Source: Dipteris shenzhenensis
Lineage: Eukaryota
DNA: 64,000 bases
NCBI GenBank assembly: GCA_047967505.1
Contig: CM106538.1
Reading direction: 5' to 3' (one strand)
Below are positions 35,868 through 47,899 of the stretch, one piece after another (position 1 is the first letter of the stretch; each line of letters begins with the position of its first letter). The position numbers and the translations under genes were made by a program. The notes under the pieces are model-generated. The model was not told the origin of the DNA and did no database searches. It worked only from the letters and a program-made list of their open reading frames with translations.

Positions 35868-38742
35868 ATGAGACTCTCTTACATCTCCATCCCTTCTGTT
35901 ATGATCCACTCCATCCCTTCTTCTGCTCTCAATGGATTGCTCGCTTCCCCTAAGAAACCCTGCCAGAAACACAGGCTTTTCAATAAGGTTGCCAGCCCGA
36001 ATTTTTGGCTGAGCCTCATTGGCTTGTCCCTTTTCGTCAGCTTGCTGAAGCTTATCCTGGTATGGCATCCTTCGGAAGATTTTAGCCCTTGCGAACCTGT
36101 GCTTTCCCTGTCGAACGCAGCTAACTTCCAGGTTCATGAGGCTACATTGGAAATTCCTGTTAGCAAGAACGAGCGACTGTCACGCATGCAGTCTGTAAAC
36201 CCGTTCCCGCCACATTCTTTACAGCCGAACATGTTGGAGACAGAGAAAGAGTTCTGGAAACAGCCAGACAGTCAAGGGTACATGCCATGCCTCAACTTCA
36301 GCGCGCGCTACAAAGACGAATCGAAAAAGGTTAGGCAACAGAAGCACAAGTATCTCCTCGTCATCGTCTCAGGGGGTTTGAATCAGCAACGCAATCAAAT
36401 AGTGGATGCTGTGGTGATCGCTCGCATCCTCCAGGCTGCTCTGGTCGTTCCAGTATTGCAAGTTAACCAGATATGGAAGGACGAAAGGTATGCAGTTCAA
36501 TCGGTTCAAAAATCTAGCGTTGCCAAAAACGCATGGCATGCTGTTCCGTTGTTCCACTGTTCCTTCGTGTTTTCTGATTGCTCTCGTTTGGCTCGTCTAC
36601 AGTGAGTTCTCGGATATTTTTGATGCTGAACACTTCAAGCGAATTTTAAAGGATGATGTGCTCGTAGTGTCTTCTCTTCCCTCGACTCACATTATGACAA
36701 GGCCCGTGCAAGAGAAGAGCACGCCTCTGTATGCAAGTCCTCAGTGGTACCGCAGCCATTACCAAAAGCGGGTGAGTGCTATCCTCTTGTTGAGTGTAAC
36801 GACTGGAGCCTGGAAGGCTTACGATGTGAAATAAACCGTCCATAAGCTAGGATTGGCCCACGATTGATTTGCACTTGGCATTGAATTTCCTGTGGGAATA
36901 CGCTCGATGTCACGTGTCATAGTCATCGCTACGGGAGGACAAAATTTTTTGAGTTCTGTAAAGATCGTCATTCTAAGTGCTTTGTTTAAGACGTGGATGA
37001 ATTCCTAATGAGCAGTTGAACCGGGAAGGAGTTTTGCTGTTACGCGGACTGGATGCTAGGCTCTCGAAGGACCTTCCTCAGGACCTTCAGAAGTTGCGAT
37101 GCAAGGTATGCTCACGCGTCTGCCTGGCCGAAAGTTCTTTGCGTTTTAAGTCGACTGTTGCTGATGACTGTAAAGCAGTCGCGGCAGAGACACTCGGAAT
37201 AACTTTAGTCAGTTGCCTCCATTCTTTTGCGACTCTTCGGGGCTTAACTTTTTAAGTAGTTGCCTAAGCGATTCTTATAGGGCTGTTTCGAACTTCTTTA
37301 TTGTCTAGGTCGCCTTTCATGCGCTTCGCTTTACAGCACCTATCATGGAGATAGGAAGCCGGCTTGCACGGAGGATGTACCAGACAGGTCCATACGTAGC
37401 TTTGCATTTGCGACTGGAGAAAGATGTTTGGGTTAGGACTGGATGTCTCCCTGGGCTGGGTCCTAAGTTTGATGAAGAAGTTCAGCGGGAAAGGGCAGCT
37501 AAGCCAAACCTTCTCACCGCGCGTTCCAACATGGCCCCTACTGAACGCAAACTCGCAGGCCTTTGTCCTCTCAATGCAGCTGAAGTTGCAAGGTAGGGGG
37601 ATGAGAGGCTTCTGTTCGTTTCCTGTTTCTGAGATGAGAAATGCAAATCCATAGATACATTTGATATAATGTGCCTTTTTTAAATCGCTTGTCCTATATT
37701 TTGGCTTCTCCTGTCGCCTTGTCATACCGAAGCTGACAGTGAACAGCGCATTTTGATGTTTAAATCGAGGTTGTCCGCATCAAATGATAAGATCAAATAG
37801 TTGAGCCTTGAGCGGGTTCGTTCACATTTTCAGTGTCAAAAGTCCTTCACATTGCACAAGGATTGAATTAAATCATGTGGCCACTGGCCGGTTTCCCGTT
37901 TAAAATATAAACCTCTTGCATCAAGGAGTTTTCGTTGTTGGTGCGTATAGCGGGAAAAGTCAAGCTACAGAAAAATGTCCAATCATTTATCTTTGCATTC
38001 CACAAGGCGGCGAGGAAAATGCTTTTAGGAAATGTCTACGTCGATTGCTTGAAAGTTGACGAAAAATTCTTCCAAACTAAATTCTGACGATGATGGTCTA
38101 CTTGTGTAGGCTTCTGAGAGGTCTTGGAGCGCCAAATGGAACGCGGATCTTTTGGGCAGGAGGGGAGCCTTTGGGAGGAACTCTTGCTCTAAAACCTTTA
38201 GTTGAAGAGTTCGGCGGTCTTTACAATAAAAATGGCCTTGCTCTCCCCGGGGAATTGGAGCCTTTTGCAAACAAGGCGTCTAGCTTGGCTGCCATCGATT
38301 ATATTATATGTCTAAACAGCGATATATTCATGCCATCTCACGGCGGCAATATGGGTCGTGCACTGCAGGTCCGTTTTATCTTTTTTGCCGACGCCTCGCG
38401 TACTCTTTGTTCGAATAACATTATGTCTATTATGTCTAGCTTGTGTTTAAATCTGTCTTTGTTGGTCTGAATCTCGTTCTGCCCATATTTATGCAGGGTC
38501 ATAGAGCATACGCAGGACACCGGAAGCACATAGCTCCAAATAAGAGAGAGATGCTTCCTTATTTTATGAATGCTTCCTTGCCTAGTGGACCTGAGTTCGA
38601 TTTGATCATAAGGAACCTACATAACGAATCTCTGGGTCAACCAAATCTCCGGACTGAAAAGAAAGGACGAGATGTGTTAGCTTATCCTGCGCCTGAATGC
38701 ATGTGTGCTAAATCTCCTGCTGCGGATCGGTTACCAAGTTAG
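35868..38742 (+). CDS. Plant O-fucosyltransferase-family glycosyltransferase (GT106/DUF246-type, type II membrane protein), 555 aa
   Basis: Exons 35868-36487, 36603-36771, 37016-37105, 37309-37592, 38110-38368 and 38497-38742 have GT-AG introns and total 1668 nt in an open frame. Features: N-terminal TM helix (FWLSLIGLSLFVSLLKLIL), VSGGLNQQRNQIVDAVVIAR, SEFSDIFD, LQKLRCKVAFHALRF, YVALHLRLEKD, GLCPL, LAAIDY, PSHGGNM, GHRAY. A probable 5'-UTR intron lies at 35771-35860. Confidence 0.95.
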
Positions 38743-38820
38743 GACTCCATGCGCATCGATTCTCTTGGGACAATACTACACAGACAGGTGGGAAACTCGG
38801 GAAGGAGGCTAAAGAATGGC

Positions 38821-38911
38821 CTTTACGACAGTAATATACGGCAACACCGGTGCTTTACGACAGTAACATACGGCAACACCGGTGCTTTACGACAGTAATA
38901 TACGGCAACAC
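38821..38911. repeat. 32-bp tandem repeat x3 in the presumed 3' UTR
   Basis: CTTTACGACAGTAATATACGGCAACACCGGTG at 38821, 38853 and 38885. Confidence 0.95.
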
Positions 38912-40502
38912 AAGTTAGTCGAATTGCTGCTGTCCACGCGTTGCGGTTCTGTAAAAATACTGGGGAGAGGTAATGGAGTGGCTGCATTAATAGTGTGGAG
39001 GCAGATCGGCTCTTTAAGTCCGTTGCTAGTAAGACACAATCGATGTTGAAAGAGTTCTTTTCACGGCCATCCAGGGGAGCAACTCCTTGACATTCAAAGA
39101 TTCATGTTCGAACATTTTCAAACCCCCCTGACTCCAGTCCTTGCTGTGGGAGCACTTCCGCGGACTACATGTAATATTGTACACTCCAGCTACACGTACG
39201 TTCTAAGTCCCATTCTGAACCATTTAAACGATATGAAATTGCCCCGACAGAGTGCTAAGCTCAACTGCCGGCTAGAGCTCTGAGCAAGCTCAAGCTCCTC
39301 GCTTGAACATCAGACTGCTGGAAGGACATATCCTCCGTTTGCAAACGTCTGTGGCCAGCAGGATTTAGGATCTGCTCTTCCTTTTGAGCTCAGCTGGCCT
39401 GATGTGGGCTGAATGGGTGCATGGTTAAAAAGCCCTCTGACAATTCCTTCCCAATTTTATGTTTTCATATAACGTCAATCGATGCTCAATGTCCTTTTCA
39501 TAACAAAGCAGCATATTCACGTAGAAGAGGGAAGACCTACTTGCAATGGTTTCCAGAAAATGACAGGTGGTGTGACATGCTTTGTGAATTTCACACTAAG
39601 TGACTCTCTCCTAGAATTGATTTCTCCAAACGCAAGCAGGCCAAGACAAGATTGATGGAATACCGAGAACGTCCCTTATGAAGTAGGGGCTTGATGATTG
39701 ATACAGATTAGTAAAGGAGCATACCATTCCAACAGTAAGAAAACAGGCGAAGAAGAGTACCAAAACAACACACCATTCCAAGAGTATACTATTAAGGTCA
39801 CTTCAAAAGTGCCTTGTGAAGTAGAATTTTCATCAATACAATTAAGCCAAGATAAGACTAATGGGATATCCATAAAATTTCTTATGAAGTAGGGCTTTCA
39901 TGAGCATACTATTCCAAGAGTAATAAATGAGCACACTATTGCAAGAGTAATAAACAAGTACAACATTCCAAGAGTAACTATTCAGATAACTTTAACTTAT
40001 GGAAAATTTCTTATGAAGTTGGATTTTGATGAAAATAAAATAAAATTTGGACTTACATAAAGCAGAATTTTAGAGATGGACGAAAGAAGTAAAAAAAGGG
40101 ATGAATATGGTAATTTTTAAAACCAAAGTTTGTAGAAAAAATCAAATACTTGTTTGAGGTAGTTAGGTACTCTTAAGCACAAAGGATGTGATGTATTGCT
40201 TTGTGTTTAACAGCGTAGAGTGCAGCACATCCCATGTGCTTTAAAGCAAATTTGAGATGTGCTACATGTACTTTGTAATGATCCATATCATATTTGAAGT
40301 AGTGCTTTGATGTCTTTCACAACATAAAAAATGTCTCATCATGTAGTTAGATGCCTTTAAGCACAAAGAATGTGATGGATTTGCTTTGTGCTTCAAAGCA
40401 TAGTGCACCACATTTTGTTTGTTTAAACGCACAAAGATGTGCTCCATGTGCTTTGTAATTACCCATATCATATTTAAAGTAATTTGTATTGTCCTTCAAA
40501 AA

Positions 40503-42642
40503 CAAGGAGTCATAAAAAATGACAACAAAATCATGCAAATGACAAGACAACTCTTTTTTTGAAAAAAAATTCAAAAAAGCATCTTTTTTAAAACTATGGA
40601 GATAAAATACACAATTTTATGTCAATCATCTTTTAAAAATAGCTACTTTTATGAAAAAAACATTACTTACATCTCACTCTAAAACCTAAAAATGTTTCAT
40701 ATTATGAATTGGAAAGAGTGTTTTAACTTATAATTTGGAAAACATGACAAACTACAAAGGGAAAGTAACTATTCTATTAAACTAGAAAAGTCCTTGTACC
40801 TTTTGCTTTAATATATTAATTATTTTTCAGTCTTAATTGTCTAACAATTTATTACTCAAAACCATATACAAGAATTTCTATAGCTTGTAATTTAAACATT
40901 TCTACACATTGATGAATTTCAGATATCTTTTTTTAAATTTTTAAAAGCATCTTTGAGTCAACTTTCTTTTGAGCACTTTTGTTAAAAGAGTTTTATATAA
41001 ATTCCTTAAATAAAAGTAACAACATTGCCCAAGCATTGTCCTTAAGTATAAATTTTGTACCAATATATGTTTTTAAACTCCATGTTGTATGTAATGTACT
41101 ATCCATAAACTTATAGGAATGCATTAAAAAAAAAAAAAACTTTCTTTATTTACAATGATAATCCAATGCTTGAATTTAAGAATATTTAAATATAAGCATA
41201 GGTAATAGTTATATGGAGTTCATGGCCATAAAAGAGGTTTGTTGAATGTAAAGATGTTTTTAGATTTAAATATTAACTAAAGATGTTTATCATCTTGCAT
41301 ATTTTAGATCAAATCGTTAAATTTCGATCTAAATAGTGACGATTTTAAGTTTATCAATTTACTTTATTTCAATTAAAGTCGTGATGTGAACTTGAATTCT
41401 GAAATTCGAAATTGAGTGATGGATTGAAATTTTCATCCAAAAAAAGAAAAAAAAATAAAGTGTTCAAAATGTGTGAAATATCACTTTCATCCAATGAAAC
41501 TTTCAGTGCTAAAATTTTCGTTGATGGGAAAAAATTTGTTCAAAAAATCCATCGACGAAAATATTTTCATTCATCAAAAAATTTGCGTTGACAATGGAAA
41601 CATTTTCCATAATTAAAATCAGTATTTCGTAATCCAAGTGGATTCTGGAATCCCAAATTCCATCGACGAAAGAAGATCGAAAAAATTTTCATCGATGGAT
41701 TTTTTTTAACGGACAAATTTTTTTCTGTTGATGGTTTTTTTGGATGAATTTTTTCCCATCCGTAGGAAATTTTGGCATTGAAAGTTTCATTGGATGAAAG
41801 TGATATTTCACACATTTTGAAATGCTTTGTTTTTCTCTTTTTTTGGATGAAAATTTCACTCCCTCGATGGAAATTTCAATTTGTCATCCAATTTCGGATT
41901 TCAAAATCCAAGTTCACATCATAATTTTCAAACAACAATTGTTCTTGTTTTCATGACTTAGAATTTATTTTTTATAAAATAGAAGTTATATTTTTCAATG
42001 GCTTAGATCAAATAAAGTAAACTCAAAACTTACTACCATCTAAATATTGACCATTAGGTGGAAACTGAACCATTTGGTCCAATTGACAATAGATTGTATT
42101 ACTTTCTTATCTAAACTTTGACCATTAGATAGTTTAGTTACTATCTAATTCTAGAGACATTTTAAGTTTCCATAAACCTCCTTGATGAGCATGGGAGCCT
42201 ATATACTTATTTATCTTAACATAAAAAACATGCTCTAATTCAAATATTGGAATGAACTACTTTGATTGTGATGAAATTCTTTAATTTATTGTAGAAAATA
42301 AAGCATGTTTCGGTAGTTAAAAGTAAAGGATCTATTATACATTTCATAGTCATGCATGAATTACTAGTAACTCTTAAAATATTAGATCATGTCATTGACT
42401 TGGTTTTAAAAAACTTTCTGTTTGACATGAAAAGCAAAAAAAATCGCATCTTTAAACTAGCAATATGTACATTAAAAAAAAAAGTTCAAAAGTATACTTA
42501 GTTTACAAAATTAATGAAATTAGTTCTCTTTAATGTCACCAAAAGATTGTAAAATTGATTAAAATTTAGGAGTAGCAACAAATCTAGATAACTTGTTGCA
42601 AGTGACAACTCAAGACTCGTTGTCGTTTTTCATGACTCGCTG
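40503..42642. mobile_element. Old non-autonomous hAT-like element
   Basis: Imperfect TIR CAAGGAGTCATAAAAAATGACAAC vs the reverse complement of the right end, CAGCGAGTCATGAAAAACGACAAC. The 8-bp flanks TTCAAAAA / TTCAAAGC match 6/8. Confidence 0.5.
41382..41921. mobile_element. Foldback MITE with ~250-bp imperfect arms
   Basis: TGATGTGAACTTG...CAAGTTCACATCA, with a 39-bp perfect arm match TTCAAAATGTGTGAAATATCACTTTCATCCAATGAAACT vs ~41783-41821. Internal CATCGACGAA-type motifs. Confidence 0.8.
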
Positions 42643-43023
42643 TTCAAAGCATAAGAACTGTTCTATTTGTGCTTTGTGCATCTCTATAATGACCCATATC
42701 ACATTTGAAGTAGTTTTCAAAGCACAAAAAATGTGCTATTTATGCTTTCTATGTCTCAGGTTGTAGTTAGGTGCTTTTAAGAACAAAGGATGTGATGCAT
42801 TGCTTTGTGCTTCAAAGCACATAGGGCATCACATTATGTGTGCTTCAAAGCATAGAGTTGTGCTACATGTAGCCCATATCATATTTGAAGTGGTATTGCA
42901 ATGCCCTTCGAAGCACTGTGTGTCTCATGAGGGTTAGGTACTTTTAAGCAGAAAGGATGTGAACATTGCTTTGTGCTTTTTAACATATGGTGCAACACAT
43001 CCTATGTGTTGCATGTGTTAGTA

Positions 43024-44567
43024 CACATACTATAGCCATCTGATTTAAAGTAGCCATGTTATGCTTTATTAGTCACTAAAGTATGGCATTCATTAGAAAA
43101 AAAGGGAGCTCATTTTGGGGCCTTTTAGAAGAGAGAAAATAGGCTCTCAACCAATCAGGAGTGGGCCAACGTAACGTTGAAAATTCAACAAAAGAAGATG
43201 AAAATAAGAAAAAGAAATAGTACTATATGTTCGTAGAAGCATGTCACATTAATGAGGTGATCTAATTTGAATCTTTAAAAAATTTATTTTTTGTGCAGAA
43301 TTTGGTGATTCTGACACCGCAGACGCGTCCGGAACGGCCCAAAACCCCAAAAACGGCACTGGAAACGCTGGAATCGGACATTCGGGGGCCCGAAAACGGC
43401 CAAAAAAGGTCGAAAAGTGAGATTTGCAGCAAAACGCGATTTGGCACCTTTTGAGCACTGGAAACGATGGAATCGGACATCCGGAGGCCCGGAAACGGCC
43501 AAAAAAGGCCAAAAAGTGAGATTTGCAGCAAAACGCGAACCCAAATCGCGTTTTGCTGCAAATCTCTGGGTTCGCGTTTTGCTGCACATCTCACTTTTCG
43601 ACCTTTTTTAGCCGTTTCCGAGCCTCCGGATGTCCGATTCCAGCGTTTCCAGTGCCGTTTTTGGGGTTTTGGGCCATTCCGAACGCGTCTGCGGTGTCAG
43701 AATCACCAAATTCTGCACAGAAAAGTGTTGTTCTTATATGAATATTGAATGTAAAGCATGTGAAAGAATATATTTATTCCTTTTCACACTAACATTTCTC
43801 ATGCAAGTATCCATATTTTCTTGCTTTTGTAGAGAGAGAAAAGAGAAAATAGTGAATTTCTTACAGGGCCCCAAAATGAGCTCCCTTTTTTCCTAATGAT
43901 ATGATTCGTTGCTTGTGCTTTGTCCTTAATGCATATTGTTATGGTTGTTGCTTGTGACATTGTGAGGGGGGTCATTGGAATTGTAATGTAAGGCTTTATG
44001 CCTACAATGTCGGTCTATAACACTTAATAGTATTGTTTGCAAATAGTTTGAATACCACTTTCCCAAAGAGTTCTGAATGACAACTCAAGATACAAGGATA
44101 TCCCTTCCTATAGGTGGAGATGGAGAGATACCAATAGGTTCACTTATCCCTCCCTCTATCTGTTGGTTCTCCTTCGAGCTATGGTTCACCATGCACAACA
44201 CATACTATAGCCATCTGATTTAAAGTAGCCATGTTATGCTTTGTTAGTCACTAAAGTATGGCATTATATGATTCGTTGCTTGTGCTTTGTCCTTAATGCA
44301 TATTGTTATGGTTGTTGCTTGTGACATTGTGAGGGGGGTCATTGGAATTGTAATGTAAGGCTTTATGCCTACAATGTCGGTCTATAACACTTAATAGTAT
44401 TGTTTGCAAATAGTTTGAATACCACTTTCCCAAATAGTTGTGAATGACAACTCAAGATACAAGGATATCCCTTCCTATAGGTGGAGATGGAGAGATACCA
44501 ATAGGTTCACTTGTCCCTCCCTCTATTTGTTGGTTCTCCTTCGAGCTATGGTTCACCATATGCACAA
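43024..44567. repeat. ~370-bp tandem duplication; first copy interrupted by the foldback element
   Basis: 43024-43090 plus 43899-44197 matches 44198-44567 almost exactly. Confidence 0.95.
43091..43898. mobile_element. Foldback element copy 2 (808 bp)
   Basis: CATTAGAAAAAAAGGGAGCTCATTTTGGGGCC ... GGCCCCAAAATGAGCTCCCTTTTTTCCTAATG, with an internal palindrome at 43292-43719. Boundaries are defined by the empty paralogous site at 44265/44266. Confidence 0.92.
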
Positions 44568-46019
44568 ATAGATAATACGTTTTTCCTGTACAGAAACCTA
44601 TTGGAATAGGGATGGCAAGAAAGTGTGACTCAACTCGGAGGCAATGAATGGTGAAAAATTGGTGTTTCAATTTATGCATGTTGAATCATGGGTCCTTAGT
44701 TGCCCATGGTATCCATTAGCACTACTGGATTTGAGAAGTAGATAGGGAGAAGGAGAAGAGAATTGCAAATCCCTTTGGGCACAAAATTCATCTTATTGGA
44801 AAATAGTAATAGCTATTATAGACCAACATAGGCACAAAGCCTTACAAAATGACTCTAGCACCTCCCTCAGCATGTCCCAGATAGTGCCACTTATACTATG
44901 TGTGCTTTTAAGCACAAAGGATGTGAATATGGATTTGTGGGAGTTTTAAAATGGTCATTTAAAAATGGCATTTTAAAGACGTTTAAAATGGGCTTGGAGC
45001 GATGTAAAACAGCCTACTTGCAATTTTTTACTAGGATCGGGTGGCTACAAGCGGTCCATGCATGGTATTTGAACTCATCACGTGGTATTTTGTAAATATA
45101 CCATGTAGTATGCCATTACGACGTGTGGTATATATACATCGTGCGGTTTGTGGTAACATCATGCGGTATATTTACATGATACCGCATTGTATAGTTGATA
45201 TATTCATGCGGTGTACTTTAACTACATAAAACAACCGGTGCTATCCCCAAGATTTAGGCATTCACTAGAGTCTCGAGAAAGCCAAGAAGGAATTTAAAAA
45301 AAGGATAAAGAAAGCTTCCAAACCAATTGGTAAGCTTTAAATCCTTTTTTAAAATATATGGCATCGGTGGTGGGCATGCTTTTGCTGGCCGTTATCTTCT
45401 CACACTAAGATTCGAGTTGCATGTCCCTTCCGTTCTTATTTTTCATAATTTTTTTCAATTTTTATAGTTCGTCATAGGAAGGCATAGTAGCGTGTCTTTT
45501 AGTACATGTTTGCATTAGAAGTCTTTTTGTTGAAAAGAGCAGCAATAAAATGTCTCTTATTTTTTAATAATAGATTATAGGAATTTATAAATTTTGTAGA
45601 AAATCTATGTAATAGTTCGGGGTTCGCTTATGCCAACCTGTAATAACTTGCACATTGGTTTATACTGTGGGGGGGGGAGGGGGGGTGTGTGAGCTTTGCA
45701 ATGGTGCATGGCGCCTCCTTTCTTATTACGGCTCTCCACCCTGTGGCAGTTACGTCCCTCAGCTCCTCCCTTGCCGTTTCATTTCCCTACTATGTGGTAG
45801 TTTTGCCTCTCAGCTCCTCGCCTGTATCGTCTCCCATTTCGCGCCTATAGTTTTGTCCATACATCCGTTTTCTTTTCCGTCCTCTCTCGCTTCGTTGGTC
45901 ACGGCTTCTTTGTTTGTCTTTCAATCTCCTATTTCACCTTTGTCTGGCCTTTTCCCTCTCATTCCAGCAAAAGCAAGCACCTTGCTCACTTTTTTGATTC
46001 TGCTTAGCCTGATAAGACA

Positions 46020-46740
46020 TAGAAATTGGCTTTTGGAGTTTTCCTTCTTTGTCCTCCATGCAATTATATCTGCTTGCTAGTCTCTGTGAAGATTTTGTTG
46101 CTCAACCTCAGAATTCTACTTCGTTGGATTGGGTTGTGCCTTCGGATTCAGTCCTTCAAAGTATATCTCAAAAGTGTGAAAGCATGGTATTTACCTTTAT
46201 TTCATGGGGTGAATTATGACAGCCTCCATGCTTTGAGCTTGGTCGACAACGGCTGTGGGAATGTATAAAATTGACTCCTTTATTTTCCTTGGCAGGGGTT
46301 TTTATTTTTCTTGTTGTGTTAATATAGATACAGTTTATGATTTGGTCAGTAAGGTGGGGGTCCATGGTGCTGTCATCTTTGCTTATATTATACCATGGGA
46401 TCCTCTTTTTGACCCTGCCAAAAATCTGCTTTGCTTTTTTCGCGTTTGGGTCACTTTGAAGGCCTTGTCGGTACCTCTTCTCCCACTTATTTCATCTCTT
46501 GCAGCTCTTCTAGGGAGAGTTCTTTATATTTTTAAGTTGAATTTTTTGGTGCTGAGTAGAGATATCCGAATTTGCATTTTATGGGATATGGAGCAGACAG
46601 TTCCTTCATGCTTGGATATTAATTATGGTCTTGTGCATCCACTTCGCATTCCCTTATCTTTTTCTTCCTTCCCAAATCCGTGCTATAGGTGTAGATAAAT
46701 TGGTCATTTTGCTCAGAGCTGCCCTTTGCAATCAGGTTAA
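46020..46740 (+). pseudogene. Plant L1 LINE ORF1 remnant (DUF4283-like region plus CCHC zinc knuckle)
   Basis: IIPWDPLFDP...RVWVTLKALSVPL...LAALLGRVL...RICILWD...FPNPCYRCR*IGHFAQSCP (CX2CX4HX4C at 46681-46725). No ORF2 was found downstream. Confidence 0.75.
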
Positions 46741-47899
46741 TCTGCTAATGTGAACGGCTCTTTCTCTGTTCCTCATGCTTCTACTCCTCTTCAGTTAGAC
46801 AAGATGCAATAGTTGAAGACCATAAGAAAATAATGGATACAGGTACACCCTCTCGAAAAAGAGATCATCTCTCCTTCAGTTCCTTTGTCAAATCCTTTCC
46901 AGGCCTTGTCAATGTCGGACACACCTATGCTTGAAACTCCTCAATATTTTAGTGTCAATGCTTATGATTCTCAAGAGCCTTCTTCAGCTCAACAGTTTTC
47001 TTTGGTTGGAATTGACCTTCAACGGGCTTCTCCGGTTATTGAGACATAGTCTATTGAGCCACAAGTGGATCTCTCTCCCTTGGATATAATTCATAATAGT
47101 GTAGTGGCACTAAATGTAGACAAAGATACTCAGACTGGGGTTGATACTATGGATGCTTTTGTTGGACTAAATACAGATGCTAAACTAGATCTTGCACTTG
47201 CCTCTCCATTTTCCCTAGATACTTTCCATCCCTGGTTGCAGTAGGTTTTTGATCGTGTGATTCAAAAATTTCGGGTGCCAGCTTATCTCTAATATGATAT
47301 GATATGGTTGTATTAAAGTCATCTTGAGACCCTTTACAATCTATGGGATTGGTGATCACTATCAACAAATAATGCTCTTTTACATCTTGTAGAGAACCAA
47401 TATACACATGTACATATGTGTAGACACACCCCATGTGTGCACACATAGGCACACACATATATGCTTGCACATGTGCACTTACACGATTAGACACGTGCTT
47501 GAGCATGTGTGTGTAATTTTGTGTGCATGTGATGCTAGTATATGCATGTGTGCCTATTTGTGTGTACACGTATCTATGTATATACACTATGGAAAAGGGG
47601 GAGGAAACTTGACAAGAGTTATCTGAGCTTTCATTAAGATTTCTTACATTCACATTCTCAGTTTGATGCATTGGAGCTTTCCAAATGATTGGGATAAATG
47701 GTGATCTTTTGTTCACATGGATGGATGTGTCACTGGTTCTTCAACCAGCTAGCTTGTGTGCTAGTCCAAGTATCTTGTTGTGGTGTTCCAAAACTTCAGA
47801 TAACTCCCTAGCATTGTAGCTGGCTATTCTAACACAATTTTTAGGTTTCCTATGTTGACATCATATCTGTCTCTGATGTGTACATAGGTCTAGCATCTT

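Larger units (their letters stand above)
40150..43060. repeat. Old degenerate repeat family (AAGCACAAAGGATGTGATG...TTGCTTTGTGCTTCAAAGC) split by a TIR insertion
   Basis: Related motifs at 40170-40490 and 42645-43060, with another at ~44910. Confidence 0.7.

Noticed and set aside
47585-47601. CACTATGGAAAAGGGG as the left TIR of the CACTA relic
   Set aside because: The 3-bp flanks do not match (ATA vs CAT), the TIR match is gapped, and there are no adjacent subterminal repeats.
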